Numbered from the stretch's first letter, positions 1 to 13,230 are shown. The stretch is DNA of 64,000 nt from Scyliorhinus canicula (GCF_902713615.1 NC_052153.1:139293879-139357878), one strand, 5' to 3'. Made by a program: numbers and translations. Notes: generated from the sequence alone by a model not told the origin.

Positions 1-236
1 ACCCCCCCCCTTAACCTTACTTTTATTAGGACACTACGGGCAATTTATCATGGCCAATCCACCTAACCCGCACATCTTTGGACTGTGGGAGGAAACCGGA
101 GCACCCGGAGGAAACCCACGCACACAGGGGGAGGACGTGCAGACTCCACACAGACAGTGACCCAGCCGGGAATCGAACCTGGGACCCTGGAGCTGTGAAG
201 CATTTATGCTAACCACCATGCTACCCTGCTGCCCCA
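1..236 (-). mobile_element. HE1-type V-SINE (tRNA-derived head + V core), runs off window
   Basis: Minus strand GGGGCAGCAGGGTAGCATGGTGGTTAGC..GGTTCGATTCC (A/B boxes), then V core GTGGGTTTCCTCCGGGTGCTCCGGTTTCCTCCCACAGTCCAAAGA. Confidence 0.9.
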
Positions 237-332
237 AGACATGGGGAGAAAGTGCAAACTCTGTAGACAGTCAATCAAGGCCTGAATTGAACTCAGGTAT
301 CTGGCACTGTGAGGCAGCAGTGCTAATCACCA
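237..332 (-). mobile_element. Older V-SINE 5' fragment
   Basis: Diverged copy of the same head, abutting the younger copy. Confidence 0.7.
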
Positions 333-1902
333 AGCCATCAATTCCATGCAATAGATCTGAAGTGCAATTCACATGAAACCTTTCCATATCTGTGGTCAAT
401 TTAAACTATAACATCAGGCGACTCATGGCAGCCTTTTTTGGAGTGTTTTATCTTGCTTTTTCTTTAAATGCAGATCTTCTTTAAACAGATCAATATGTCT
501 GTGATTAGCTAGTGAAGTTGTAGGCAGATCTCACTCAGTCAGTTTCCTGTCACCATTGAAATTTATCAATGCACTCTCCAAATCCCCGCCTTCCTCAATG
601 CAAACAAGCAACAGACCTGAGAAATGTAACTTGTTCTGAAATTTAGCTCCAAACATTGATGAGGGGATATTCTTTGATAATTTGATCACTCCTCAGAAAT
701 AATATGACGTGCGCTACATCTGAAGGTATAATTGTTTTAATCAAAAATTAACCATCAATATTAAGCAAAAATTTTTGGAGAGATCCTCACATGCATGGTG
801 GGAAAATGCATGCCCTCATCCGTCTATACCCTGAGGTGTGGCTTACTATTGTTAGCCAAGACTTATTTAAAACCTGTGCCAGGTAGATTCTTGGGGAAAA
901 TAGCATGTGCTTGGTTTCTGGTGTAGGAAGCTTCCCGTTTTTGCAGATCATTGCAAAATGACTATGATAACAAATTAAGAATTTAACTTTGGAAAAGAAA
1001 ACCTAAGAAAACATAAAAGCCTAAATGCTATTCCAGCTGAGATCAATTAACTCATCACAAATCAAGGGCCAAACATACAATATCCTGACTGGAATGGATC
1101 AATACCACATTGTGTGGTCCCTTTGCCAACTGAACCAAAACAACAGTCAATTTGACAAACACCAAAAGGCACATATATATAAGGTACGGAATATAGACTG
1201 TACTAGTCTACTAATAGAAATCAGATAGCTCATTGCAGGTGTTAAAGACCTATGCTTTTGGCACACACAAGCTAAAAAAGAGTATTTCTAGAAAATCTTG
1301 AATTATCAATGGTGAAATATATTCATTGGTATCTATCATCCAATAGAATCTTAATTACAGTTTCTGAATTGAGCTTCATAATTGCTGGTAACATCTTCTA
1401 CTTATTTACCTTGAGTAAATTATCATTTTGCAATTTCTTACGTTTGAAATGTGTCAAGTATCTGAATAGTGAAATAATCAAAACTTTTGTGTTTAATAAA
1501 TAAAGTATGCAGTGCATAAAACTGAAGTTAGTGGCTCACAAATTTGGTGGTTGAGAAAACTGCATAGTTTACATTTAAGTAACCGTGAAAACTTTCACTC
1601 ATTTTAAATAACTTTGTTTAATGAAATTATTTTCAAATTTTCATTTCATTACCAGAATAAAATTAAAATAATCAAACAGTTGGGCAGTTTTGTTAGTCAG
1701 ACAAATGACAATCCCATTGTATTACTGCTCCCCCATGCATATTGGCTGGGTAAAATTCTCATCTTTGTGCGGCAGAGCAAGTTAAAACATGTTGAATCCT
1801 GCTGCTTATAATATGAAGTGTGATTTTACCATCTCATAACACATTACAGTACAAATAACAGAATCCTGAGCGTGACTTAAACTATGTGTTTGTGGATTGT
1901 AG

Positions 1903-1965
1903 GTGCCGCAAGATAGAAGCCAGCACAAAAGAATTTCCTGAAAAGTCCAGTCATATTCTTGCTAT
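1903..1965 (+). CDS. Candidate host exon (CRKIEASTKEFPEKSSHILA), unidentified
   Basis: ttgtag acceptor, gtgaga donor, 63 nt with an open frame in unique DNA; no homology recognised. Confidence 0.2.
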
Positions 1966-2135
1966 GTGAGATTAAATATGACATTTTGTGAAATTTGTGA
2001 AAAGTAGATGAATGCTTTCATAAGAGTTGTTTTAAGTCCCTCTTTAAAACATTGAAGAATTTTATTGCTCAGAGAAATAAACCTTTAGAAACTATTGACC
2101 ATTTGAAGAGAAGCAGATTATAAAGCTCCTTTTGA

Positions 2136-2313
2136 ATAAATAATAATAATAATAATCGCTTATTGTCACACGTAGGCTTCAATGAAGTTATTGTGAAATG
2201 CCCCTAGTCCCACATTCCGGTGCCTGTTCGGGAAGGCCAGTATGGGAATTAAACCCGCGCTGCTGCCTTGTTCAGCGTTACAAGCCAGCTGTTTACTGTG
2301 CTAATATAGCACC
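2136..2313 (-). mobile_element. Short tRNA-derived SINE (head B + tail 2)
   Basis: Homologous to 17963-18142 and 34108-34287; (ATT)n end. Confidence 0.8.
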
Positions 2314-2314
2314 A

Positions 2315-2460
2315 TGGTGGCCTGAGACATACACTGGAGGCTTCCGAAAGCAAACAAAAGAGTTTATTGATGAACGGTAAAGGCAGTTAGATAACAAGTA
2401 CAGAACACAATACAACAGGTCTTTACACTTAAGGTCCCTGGTCCACACTATTTGGGGTCG
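2315..2460 (-). repeat. 3' LTR (recognisable part) of Gypsy element
   Basis: TGGTGGCCTGAGACATACACTGGAGG..CAGGTCTTTACACTT matches 6681-6785 joined to 7466-7500. Confidence 0.7.
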
Positions 2461-4634
2461 ACTCCATGTCTACCCCTCAACTCCTCAGATGATCAGTGTC
2501 CTTTTTGATGGTCTTCCTGTTAACATAGGTCACATAAACAATGGCCCTGATTGGGCCACAAACCATCCTTCTAACCAAAGCGAAACAGCAGTGAAATTTC
2601 CAAACAAAACCGGGTCTCCCATCCGGAACGACCTGTCACCTCTCTGCTCTGACTGCTGACTCTTCTGGGAGGTCTAAGGTGCCTCCAACCTCCATGCCAA
2701 ATTTGGAAATACAAGATCCAATCGGGTTTTCAACTGAAATCCCCTGAGCAGCTCAGCTGGTGTGGTCCCCGTGGTTGAATGAAGGGTTGAGTTGTACAAT
2801 AAAAAAAATTAGCCAAACTCTAATGAAGTGGTTTATCTGATTGCTTTTACATTGCATTTTTGGAAGTTTGACCAGCCCTCTCAGCCAGATTGTTTGATGC
2901 TGCATTGTAGGGGGCTATCCTTGTGTGTTGTATATCATTTTCTCTCAGAAAATGCTGGAAATCATCATCGGTGAAAGGGATGCCATTGGCCGAAGCAAGT
3001 GACTCGGGAAGCCACTTGGAGTGGGTATCTACCAGCACCAAAAACATCTTGCCCAGGAATGGGCTTGCATAATCAACTTGGACTCTGGGAAATCTGGCCA
3101 TTCCCAGGGATGAAGGGAGGTGGAAGGTGGCAAACATTGCTACATTTGGCAAGGGTGGCACTGTTGTACTAGTTCTTCAATGGCTTTGTCTATGCCTGGC
3201 CACCAGCTATGACTGCGTGCCAACATCATCATGCTTCTCTGCCCTGGGTAGGCGCTGTGTAACTCTTGGGGGTCCACTGGCCTGAGGCGGAACAACCAAC
3301 GATGATCCCCACATAATCACGTCACTTCACATGTCAACCCGTCTTGATGAGTGAAGTAGTGTCTCAGCTGTTCAGATGTCTCGTAATGCCAGACAGACTA
3401 TATCATTAGTTTTTGAAAGAATATGGTCTCTTTGGTTCCAGCTGCGGATGTGCCCCATAGACACTGATAGGATGTTTAGGGCTTGAATGATCTCTGGAGC
3501 ACCGATGGTAATGGTGTACTCTTGGTAGGGGGAGGTGGCTTACTGCAATTTTCAACCAAGGCTGGTGCTGAAAAGCATAGTTGTAAGCCACCAACAGCAG
3601 GACCCAATGCTGCACCCTCGCCGAGGCATTGGGCGGTATGGCCTTATCTTAACAGGCCCAGTAATGGCTTTTGGTCAGTCACTATGTCCAGCCATTCGAC
3701 CAACATTTACTGGTGGAATTTCTTCACACCGAGTATGATTTCTAAGCCCTACTTCTTAATCTGGGGAGAGTTTCAGAAAGGGTCCTTGAGGCAAAGGCGA
3801 TAGAGATTCTGAACCATTTACCATTCTGTGGGATAAAACCGCCCTGATAGCATAAGGGGATATGTCACATGTCAGCAGGATTGGTTTCCCTGAAGGAATT
3901 GCACCAAAAGGTTTGATGACTGTAATACTTGCTTCGTGTCTCGGAAGGCTTCCTCTTGAGGCTCCATTCCTTGCCACCGCTGATTCTTCCTTTAAAGTTG
4001 GTGTAACAGTGCCAATGTTGTGGCTAGATTCAAAATAAACCTTCCATAGTAATTGACCATACCAAGGAAGGACTTAAGTTCGTTGACATTTTTGGGTGCA
4101 GGGACATCTCAAATGGCCTTGATCCTTTCATCCAAAGGGTGCAACCCTGTTGCAACAACACAAAGTCCCAGGTATACTGAGGGCATTTTTTGCATTTTAG
4201 ACAGACCCCTGTACCACAAAACCTCAGGTTGGCCATGTTTTCTTCTGGTGTAGCGCCGGTGGCTAGCAGATGATCAAGGTAACCATCAACATCTGAATTC
4301 CCTGGAGATTTTTCATTGTGCGTTGGAAGATAGCACAGACTGAAGCGATATATACTGGAAGAGGCCTTTATGGGTCTTGGTTGACACAAATCTCGGAGAT
4401 TCCTCATCCAACTCTAGTTGCTGGTAGCCCTGACTGAGGTCCAATTTTGAATATGTGAGGACCTCCGGCAGCTTGAGGTCTTCAATTCGGGGATTCAGAT
4501 ACTGATCAACCTGAGCACCTTGATTTATTGTCAGCTTATAGTACCCATGCATCCTTGTTGACTGATTACGTTTAAGGGCAGGGACTATTGGTGCTTCCCG
4601 TTCTGGAAACTGCACCAGCTTAATTATCCTCAGC

Positions 4635-4708
4635 TTTTTCACAGTTACATCATTGCAGTGTTAATGTAAGCCTACTTGTGACAATAATAAAGATTATTAT
4701 TACTATTA
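4635..4708 (+). mobile_element. Isolated SINE tail-2 fragment inside Gypsy pol
   Basis: CATTGCAGTGTTAATGTAAGCCTACTTGTGACAATAATAAAGATTATTATT. Confidence 0.8.
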
Positions 4709-5515
4709 GCTCTTCCAATTTCTTTAGCTCTGCTTAAACCTTCTGATGCAATGCGCATGGCACTGGTCTGGTCTGGCTCTGACGAAATTGGATATCGAAT
4801 TTGGATTGACATTTATTTTGGCTTTTATGCCCTTAATCCGGCCCTATTCATTGTAGAAAACATCTTCATACCTCCTTAAGGTAGCTTAGAGCACGCCATC
4901 AGATATTTTGAGGTTTTCCAGCCTGTTGGTCGAATCTTTTCTAATCACTCTGTTCCCAACAGACTGGGCCTACGTCCTTCCGCAACAAACAAAGGCAGAT
5001 TGGTCGCTTGGCCCCTGTAGGCCACTGGGGTCATGGCTGTTCTGAGGATTTCCAAAGTTTCCCTGGTGTTTGTTGAAAGCTTGGCTGTAGTACATTTTAA
5101 ACTTAAAGCCTATATTCCTGCATGCAGATATTGGAAGGTCCGCTCACCCACAAGGGTCACCCAAGCCCTGGGGTTGACTTCCATTTTAAGGGGTCTACCA
5201 TTTACCATTAAGACCATTTCAATCAGTGCCCTCTTATTTAATTGGAATTCATTCAAACGATACATTACACACTCTTCTTCAAAGCTCTTATCTAATTTCT
5301 CAGTGGCACTATGGATTGCTGCTGCTGTTTTGTTTTTGCATTGGCGCATTTTGCCACATTAGCAATGTGCTAGAATGTGCCCACTTCAGTTGTAATGACG
5401 GCACATGAATTACCGAACACGGCAGGTTTGCTGGGGATGGTTCCACTTCCAACAATAACAGTCCACCTCAAATTCGATTTGACACCCCACTTCCCTCCCA
5501 CTCGTTGGGGTCCAG

Positions 5516-6052
5516 TTGGATTTGGATTGGATTGGATTGGATTTGTTTATTATCATGTGTACTGAGGTACAGTGAAAAGTATCTTTCTGTGAGCAGCTCA
5601 AACAGATCATTTAGTAATGAAAAGAAAATAAAATAAAAAGAAAAGACATAAAAGGGCAACACAAGGTCCACAATGTAAATACATAGACACCGGCGTCAGA
5701 TGAAGCATACAGGAGTGTACTATTAATCAGGTCAGTCCATAGGTGGGTTGTTTAGGAGTCTGGTAACAGTGGGGAAGAAGCAGTTTTTGAAACTGTTCGT
5801 GCGTGTTCTCCGACTTTTGTATCTCCTGCCCGATGGAAGAAGTTGGAAGAGTGAGAAAGCCGGGTGGGAGAGGTCTTTGATTATGCTGCCTGCTTTCCCC
5901 AGGCAGTGGGAGGTGTAGATGGATTCAATGGATGGGAGGTAGGTTTGTGTGATGGACTGGGCTGAGTTCACAACTCTCTGAAGTTTTTGCGGTCTTGGGC
6001 TGAGCAGTTGCCATACCAGGCTGCGATGCAGCCAGATAGGATGCTTTCCATA
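5516..6052 (-). mobile_element. Rex1/Babar-type LINE 3' end
   Basis: QKLQRVVNSAQSIT..DLSHPAFSLFQLLPSGRRYKS..FFPTVTRLLN; (CCAAT)n tail. Confidence 0.85.
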
Positions 6053-6668
6053 GTTCAGTAACATGGACCATGTCTGGCTCTGATCTGTGCCTGTTCACCC
6101 TGCCACAAACCTCACGGCAACCCATATTTGGTTAACCTATCTTTCAGCCACACTTTGAATTTCAGTGGCACATTTTTTGGCGTACTCCGTCAGCTGAGCT
6201 AACTCGATTGCTTTTTCCAATGTCACTTTGATCTCTGTCAAAATCTTCTTCTGGATATTAAGTTATGGATCCCACAAACCAACCGGTCGCGCAATATGCC
6301 ACTGAGCGCTGTCCCAAACTCAGGGCTCGGTAAGCTGGCGAAGCCTGGCCATGAAGGCTGAGACAGTCTCATGATGGTCCCTCATTACTTAGTTAAATTT
6401 ATAATGTTGGAGGATGATCGAGGGCGTTGGATTATCAGAAGTTTCAGCTTCCTCGCCTGATCTCATTTACGGTAAAGAAGAATCAGAGCTGTTCGATGTA
6501 CTGACTCCGTGACTCAACTGCTTGTTAAAATGGGACTAGTTTCCCAATGATAGCCATTTCCATTCATGGTTTAAATGATTCCAATCCTTGTTGGAGCTTC
6601 TCTACTTTCTCAACTGTTCCTTCCTTCCCCCCTCAATTCACGATGACTGTCGCTGCCAGAAACTTTTA

Positions 6669-6679
6669 CCTTGTCACCA
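6669..6679 (-). promoter_or_regulatory. Primer binding site (tRNA-Ser(GCU)-like, CpG-decayed)
   Basis: Minus TGGTGACAAGG next to LTR end CA; compare TGGCGACGAGG. Confidence 0.65.
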
Positions 6680-6680
6680 A

Positions 6681-7630
6681 TGTGGTGGCTCAAGATATAC
6701 ACTGGAGGTTCCAGTAATAACCAAGGGGGTTGACTGATGAAAGGCAAAGGCAGGTAGGTAACATGCACAGAACAGGAGATATCACGGACGGGATTCTCCC
6801 AAATCCCCGCGATGGCCCGACGCCAGCGTAAAAAACGGCGCAAACCACTCCGGTATCGGGCCAACTGGAAGTTACGTATTCCTCCACACCTCCGTGGGCG
6901 AAGCCTGTGGTGGAGGGGATGGTGCCATGCCAACCAGCGCTGAAGGTCTGTCACGAGTTAGCACATGCGCAGAACCGCTGTCGTGGTTCCGCGCATGCGC
7001 AGAACCGCCGGCGTATTCTTGCGCATGTGCAGGGGGTGTCTTCTCCGCACCGGTCATGGCGGAGCTCTACAGAGGCTGGTGCAGAAGGAAGGAGTCCCCC
7101 AAGGCACAGGCCCGCCCGCAGATCGTTGGCCCCCGATCGCGGGCCAGGCCACCGTGGGGGCCCGGATCCCCCCGACCCCCCGAGGATCGTAACAGCCGGT
7201 GTACCAGCCAGATCCCACCATGTGGGACCATGTCCATTTCACACCGGTGGGACTGGCCAGAAACCGATGGCCGTTCGGCCCATCGGGGCCCAGGGAATTG
7301 TCAGGCGGGCCGCTGCCAACGGTCCCAGACTGGCGTGGCGTGATCCCTGCCCCCTTCTGAAAACCGGCGCCGGAGAATGCGGCAGCCGGCGTCGAAGCGG
7401 CGGGGCGGGATTCAAGCCGTTCCCCGGGGATTTTCTGACCCAGCGGGGGTCGGAGAATCCCACTCCAGGTCTTTACACTTCAGCTTCCTGGTACACACTG
7501 CCCAGGGTCCGACTCCCAGGACTCCGCACAAAAACCCAAATGGCCAATTTTCGCAGGCTCCTGTGCGATTGGCCTTGAGTTGGTCATGCAGTCTGTGGAT
7601 CCTGCCCCCTTAAAGGAGCTACACTACCAG
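6681..7630 (-). repeat. 5' LTR of Gypsy element, split by a MITE
   Basis: Starts TGTGGTG, ends CACTACCAGA; homology to 2315-2460 resumes after the MITE. Confidence 0.7.
6786..7465. mobile_element. GC-rich PIF/Harbinger-type MITE
   Basis: TIR GGACGGGATTCTCC..GGAGAATCCCACTC; internal homology to 39162-39874. Confidence 0.85.
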
Positions 7631-7906
7631 AAGTACCAAATGATAATTCTTTTCCTGGACTTTGAATGATCGATTGTGGCTCTCTAGCAGAATTTCTGGT
7701 TTATTTGCTACAATTTTAAAATGTATTTGTTTCTGTTACCTGTGTTGAGCCACATTGTTTGATGTCAGCATATTGTGGATCATTTATAAATTGAGGAAAG
7801 AGAAGTATATTTGCATTTCAGTTTTATTGTGAGTTTTTTGCTGAATATGATCCACCATAAGCAGGATATGCCCTTTCTCTCAAATATGAAGCAAATGTCA
7901 CTGTAG

Positions 7907-7935
7907 TTTATATCAGAGAATACAATGGTACTTCA
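7907..7935 (+). CDS. Candidate micro-exon (LYQRIQWYF)
   Basis: ctgtag/gtatga; phases bridge 1903-1965 and 13166-13230; weak acceptor. Confidence 0.1.
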
Positions 7936-8046
7936 GTATGAATGACAGGATCCACTTGTGGGAGACTGATGTCCATTTAAACTAGGGAATAAATAAGTTC
8001 AGCGGTAGATTTGGTAATGTTGTATGCATTAAAATCAGTCATGTAG

Positions 8047-8364
8047 CTTGGTGGCACAATGGTTAGCACTGCTACCTCACAGCTCCAGGGACCCAGGTTT
8101 AATTCCGGCCTCGGGTGACTGTGTGGAGTTTGCACTTTTTCCCTGTGACTGCGTGGTGTTCTGGCTTCCTCCCACAATCCAAAGATGTTCAGGTTAGGTG
8201 GATTGGACATGTTAAATTGCTCCTTAGTGTCCAAAAGGTTAGGTGGATTTACTGGTTTATGGTGATCGGGTGGAGGCATGGGCTTAAGTAGGGTGCTCTT
8301 TCCAAGAGCCGATGAAGATTCAATGGGCAGAATGGCCTCTTTCTGAACTGTAAATTCTATGATG
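8047..8364 (+). mobile_element. HE1-type V-SINE with CR1-like tail
   Basis: tRNA head, V core, tail ATGGGCAGAATGGCCTC..TTCTATG. Confidence 0.88.
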
Positions 8365-8579
8365 AAATTAAACATGTATGTTTTGTTTAATTCCTATCTC
8401 GAGCTATGCAGTACTTAAGTCAATTGTAGCAGCCTAATTTTTCCTTGAACTAAGCTGAGCCCAATCAGAACAGACAAGGGGTTAGAACTGGTACCTTCCG
8501 TTCCAGTTGACATACATCAGGCATTGAATTTGCCCATTGAAGCATTGTGATCCTCACCACACATATAACAGGAAATAAT

Positions 8580-9962
8580 GGGAGAGATTATGCATTGCCT
8601 GTTGCTGGTAGCGGAGATCCAATGCGGCAGAGAATCTTGTGTTGAGGACAAAAACAGGGTTTACGCTATTTGAGATGCTCTAGTCTCCCCTGGCGGTGGC
8701 ATGAGGTTCATACCCTCGTATGAAAGTATGTATTTAATGTAGATGCCCCCAAAGTCCATTGGATGCCCCCTCGTCTTACAATGCAAATCCTGCCCACACC
8801 AAGCCCTCCCCTTCAGACCCCCTCATCAGACCCTCCCCATCAGAGATCCCCCACATATCAGAGAACCACCCATATCACAGAACACCCCCATAACAGAGAA
8901 CCCCCACAACAGAGACCCCCATAAATCCCTCCATCCCCACTCCCCCCCTCCCCACTCCCCAGCCCGGCCTGGTAGCTAAAGAGCAGTCCCAGCTGAAATA
9001 GTGAAAATAATCAGTGCTTTTTCACTCACTTGTTCCTCAAAACTGCTGCCTCAGACAGATGTCTGGAAAGCAGCAGCTGTGCAGCTGTTACTTCATGGAA
9101 ATCTAAAACCACATCACAAGGCTTTAAACCCCTCAGATCATTAATCTGAAAGGCTTCTATTCATTTCAAAGGGAAATAGCTTTCAGTAGGCTGTAATTGA
9201 CAGCTTCCAGATAACCAGATGCCTGGGGGGATTGTTTGTTTTCATTTCCCTTCATGCTTGAATGCATCTCAAGTATCCTGCTGTGAACTTAGCCGCAATG
9301 TTTCAAAATATCTAGGAGTTAAGAGCTTTCACCTCTTTTTCTCAGCAGAAAGCATTTAACTGCTTTTGATGTGGTGAGGATTTGTTAATCATAGCAAAAG
9401 TGTTCATAAACACTGTGCTTAGCATCAAAGTAGGGTACTTGAGGTGCATTCCATTTCCAGTGTGAAGGGAAAGATCCATATGCAATCCACCAAGCAACTG
9501 GCTCTGGAGGAATAGAATTATTGGCTAGTGCACTATACTGCCATGTGAAATTGAGTGAGAGTTTTGCATTTCAAAAGCTGTCAGGGGCTTTGAAGCCCAA
9601 GTGTACTTGGCTTTCGAGGAAACCTCTGATCCTTGTCACAGCTGTTGCTTCAAAACACTTTTGTCTGAAACGACAGGTGTTAGGGAAGGATAGGTGAAGA
9701 TGCAGCGATCTTTCACTGTACTGCCTAAACTGCCCATTAGCTTTCTTGCAGGGGTGAATCGGGCTCACAACCGTTAAACAAATTGAATTAGATTCAAATC
9801 ACAATTTCCATTCTCCTGCTCCCACAGAGCACTGCCACCACTGGCGGGGAAATCGGAGCAATAGGTTTGGTGCCCAGAGCCAGACACGTCTTTTGGGGAT
9901 ATTCAATTCTCCGCCTGATCGGGAATCCTGATTGCAGTGTCAGGTAATGGAGAATCCACCCC
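8580..9962. mobile_element. Old non-autonomous Harbinger-like TIR element
   Basis: Ends GGGAGAGATT..GGAGAATCCACCCC; C-rich tract then AT-rich core similar to 14.6-15.3 kb and 38.4-38.8 kb. Confidence 0.5.
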
Positions 9963-10016
9963 TGTAAAGCACACAGAAAATATTGAAGGCAGTCACTAAC
10001 TAGCTGCCAACGTAAA

Positions 10017-10251
10017 GGGTGATCGGTTTAGCTCATTGGGCTAGACAGCTGATTTGTGATGCAGAATAAGGCCAGCAGTGTAGGTTCAATTCCTGTACTG
10101 GCTGAAGTTATTTATGGAGGCCCACTTTCTCAATTTGCCCCTCACCTAAGATGTGGTGGTCCTCAGGTTAAATCACCACCAGTCAACTCTCCCCCTCAAA
10201 GGGGAAAGCAGCCTAAGGTCACCTGGGACTATGGCGACTTTACCTTACCTA
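10017..10251 (+). mobile_element. tRNA-derived SINE (head B-like + tail 3)
   Basis: GGTTTAGCTCATTGGGCTAGACAGCTG..GGTTCAATTCC head; tail CCTCAGGTTAAATCACCACCAGTCA..GGGACTATGGCGACTTTACCTT also at 60288-60425. Confidence 0.8.
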
Positions 10252-10254
10252 CCA

Positions 10255-11140
10255 ATGTAAGATCTCTTCCAGGTTTTGGAATGCCAGTGATTTTTGCCAT
10301 ATTCCTCACCTTCAGGCGTGAGTTTGAGTTGATGATTCTTGTGTAGAACTGAATCAGGCAGGCACTAGCATGGGGGGGGGGGGGGGGGGGGCAGTTTTTT
10401 TCAGGAATTCTGGTGCAATGCTGTTATGTCCCATGCTTTGCCACATTTCAGTACCTTTAATGCTTTCTCCATTTCTGTGAACTTGAAGGGACCAGGACTG
10501 CTACATTTTATATGTTGCTGCCATTGTTTTCCAGTTTCTTACCGATGATGCATTGTATTTTAATTTCCAATGGTGTCCTTGCTACATGGAGCAGATGACT
10601 GGCAACTGAGTTCAGGGTGACTGATGGGTGATTTCATGGAAATGATTTTTAGGCTGCTCCAAACAACAGATCAGACTTCAGCACTTCCAACTGGAATGAT
10701 TAAATTGAACCCTGTTGTCATTTCCTTTGGTAAGGCATTTAGCAATTCAATGAGATGGTCTGCTATATCAGGATCACCAGACGATTCGTATTCCTTTAGG
10801 TTCTGCTGCATTCTCTGAATCAAAGCATGGATGTAGATGGGTCAATAGCTAGATGATTCTTCCACGGGTATGTTATGAATAGATATAGTTACAATGATGC
10901 ATTCCAAGATCTCGCTGTATTTTGACCTAACGGCTTTACCGAAGTTTCCTCACATTTTCTTTGTACCGTTCATGATTGGAAGGCACATGCCAATGTGAAT
11001 GAGTGATGGCCTGTGTTGACTATGTGGGAAGTCATCCAGGGCTGGTGCAGGATGGGGGTGACCATCAAGGGAACTGACCCAGGACAGATCAGGTGGCTAA
11101 CCCTGAGTCCATCTGGCTGAATAGAATGTTTCTTGTTGAT
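10255..11140 (-). mobile_element. Ingi/Vingi-like (I group) LINE fragment
   Basis: Minus-strand TFYSARW..PDLSWVS..LDDFPHSQHRPSLIHIG (endonuclease end) and PFKFTEMEKALKVLKCGKA (pre-RT). Confidence 0.6.
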
Positions 11141-11520
11141 TAGGGTCATTTATCAGTGCGAGGTTGGATAGTGGCAGGAACTGGGTGCCCCAGGATCTGG
11201 CACTGGAAGAGGTGATCTTGCAGTTCCAGAAACACTGTACTGGAGGTTAGGTGATTCTGGAATTTAGGACAACTGGTTATGGTATAAAAGAGCATTGAAA
11301 CAGTCCTGGTATCAGAGAGGACTGGGGAGCAGTCTTGGGTTGGTAGGTACCAGAAGATGATTCCAGGACTTGAGAGTGAAGGACAAGAATCTGAGAAAGG
11401 TGTCCTCTGGTCTGGCAGGCCTGGTGAGAGGATTTCAAAAGATGCGAGATTAGAGACCAGCGGTACAGAAGAATTATTGATGTCTGACAATACTTGTTAG
11501 GCATTGAAGGGATAGGATAT

Positions 11521-11860
11521 CATAGAATTTACAGTGCAGAAGGAGGCCATTCAGCACATCGAGTCAGCACCGGCTCTTGGAAAGAGCACCCTAACCAAGG
11601 TCAACACCTCCACCCTATCCCCATATCCCAGTAACCCCACTCAACACTAAGGGCAATTTTGGACACTAAGGGCAATTTATCATGGCCAATCCACCTAACC
11701 TGCACATCTTTGGACTGTGGGAGGAAACCGGAGTACCCGGAGGAAACCCACGCACACACGGGGAGGATGTGCAGACTCCGCACAGACAGTAACCCAAGCC
11801 AGAATCGAACCTGGGACCCTGGAACTGTGAAGCGATTGTGCTATCCACAATGCTACCGTG
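11521..11860 (-). mobile_element. HE1-type V-SINE with CR1-like tail
   Basis: Near-identical to 41881-42250. Confidence 0.92.
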
Positions 11861-12124
11861 GTGGAGCTTAGAAAATAGGCCTCAATTCAGGCTTCAGCCC
11901 TATATTTCCCATGGGTTCCATCTGTCATCCTTTCCCAACCAGCTTCCAGCCCCTGTTCCTTTTTTTCACTCCAGTCATCAGTCAGCTCCTGTCTATATGG
12001 TTCTGCCTTAAAACATTTCTGGAAATACATTCTACCACATGGACCAAAAACAGGGGCTGTGAGTGCCATTTTCTGATGTGCATTCCGAGCATGTACCCAA
12101 GAGTGAAGGAATAGAATCATTCCT

Positions 12125-12570
12125 TAGTACTGCTGATAAAAGAGATACGTTGTCAAAGCTTTTTGTCTTGCATTTATCAGGACAGTTTGCAAGAACAGAA
12201 GTAAATACTATGTGAGAAGAGAGTGTTGATTGGTTGACAAGTGGGCTGGATTGGATTGGATTGGATTTGTTTACTGTCACATGTACCGAGGTACAGTGAA
12301 AAGTATTTTTCTGTGAGCAGCTCAAACAGATCATTAAGGACATGGAAATAAAATAAAATAAAAATAAAATACATCAGGGCTCTAATTTGTAGAGGCACAA
12401 CCATGGAGAATACACCAGGGAACAGTTAACTGCCAAGCTTTTATTCAAATTCAAAGCAGGTGGTGAAATAAAATAATAAAATAAAATAGTTGTTAATAAC
12501 AGTATACATTTTTGTTCCCTTTACTCTTTGTATTCTTGCGACCTACCCTGAAGAGTACAAGATGATCAGT
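12125..12570. mobile_element. Penelope-like terminal fragments
   Basis: GTCAAAGCTTTTTGTCTTGCATTTATCAGGACA and inverted CCTGAAGAGTACAAGATGA. Confidence 0.5.
12247..12375 (-). mobile_element. Rex1/Babar LINE extreme 3' tail
   Basis: Matches 5516-5650 including (CCAAT)n. Confidence 0.85.
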
Positions 12571-12590
12571 CAGATTTGGCAGCATCTTTC

Positions 12591-12832
12591 TTTTTTTTTG
12601 GATTTAAAAAAAAATTTAGAGTACCCAATTAATTTTGTTTTTCCAATTAAGGGGCAATTTAGCGTGGCCAATCCACCTACCTTGCACATCTTCAGGTTGT
12701 GGAGGCGAAACCCATGCAAACATGGGGTGAATGTGCAAACTCCACACGGACAGTGACCCAGAGCCGGGATCGAACCTGAGACCTCGGAGCCGTGAGGCTG
12801 CAGGGCTAACCCACTGCACAACCGTGCTACCC
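12591..12832 (-). mobile_element. V-SINE variant with A-rich tail and long TSD
   Basis: Flanks GCATCTTT(C/A)TTTTT at 12582 and 12833; tail CCCTTAATTGGAAAA..GGGTACTCTAAA. Confidence 0.88.
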
Positions 12833-13165
12833 GCATCTTTATTTTTAAGCAATACTCAAGTTCTTTACTACCAAACAGCTAATCAGTCTTTACTGTTCTA
12901 TTAGTGAACTTTCTGACTTATGCAGTCTTTAATAAATATACCTCTCTTGACAGAGCAAATATTATTTCTTAACATGTTCCAGTTTTGACTGTTTACAAAG
13001 TTGTCAATTTTTTTGTGTAAAAATAAATTATTTCAGCTTCAAAAATAGGTCAAGAAAGAAAGAATTTTTAATTCAATTTTAAACCACAACAGACAGCAGT
13101 GGAAACAGCAAAAATCCAGACTCCATGAACAATTTTTGTTTTTTTTTTCCTAATATCCAACAAAG

Positions 13166-13230
13166 AAACTAGATCTGGTCTAATAAGGGGCACTGTGTTT
13201 GAACAGCTCAGAATAGAAGTACAGCTTTTG
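13166..13230 (+). CDS. Candidate host exon (TRSGLIRGTVFEQLRIEVQLL), unidentified
   Basis: T-rich tract and AG acceptor, GTAAGA donor, one open frame. Confidence 0.35.

Larger units (their letters stand above)
2315..7630 (-). mobile_element. Decayed Gypsy LTR retrotransposon (K02A2.6-like) with nested inserts
   Basis: Minus-strand fragments in order gag, protease (VNGRPLKMEV), RT (YSKLDLSQGYQQLELD, YLDHLL), RNaseH (LTCDISPYAIRAVLSH), integrase (VDYASPFLGKMFLVLVDTHSKW, APYNAASNNLAERA); direct repeats at 2315 and 6681. Confidence 0.9.

Noticed and set aside
697-725. Micro-exon upstream of 1903
   Set aside because: The frame needed to join 1903 contains TGA.
6894-7578. Long overlapping ORFs in GC-rich patches (also 28.3-29.0, 39.2-39.9, 55.3-55.9, 63.3-63.9 kb)
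   Set aside because: Stop-poor MITE sequence; low-complexity P/G/R peptides in many frames.
10372-10391. Poly-G / G-quadruplex tracts (also 15467-15492, 44441-44456)
   Set aside because: Simple repeats within TE relics, with no evidence of function.
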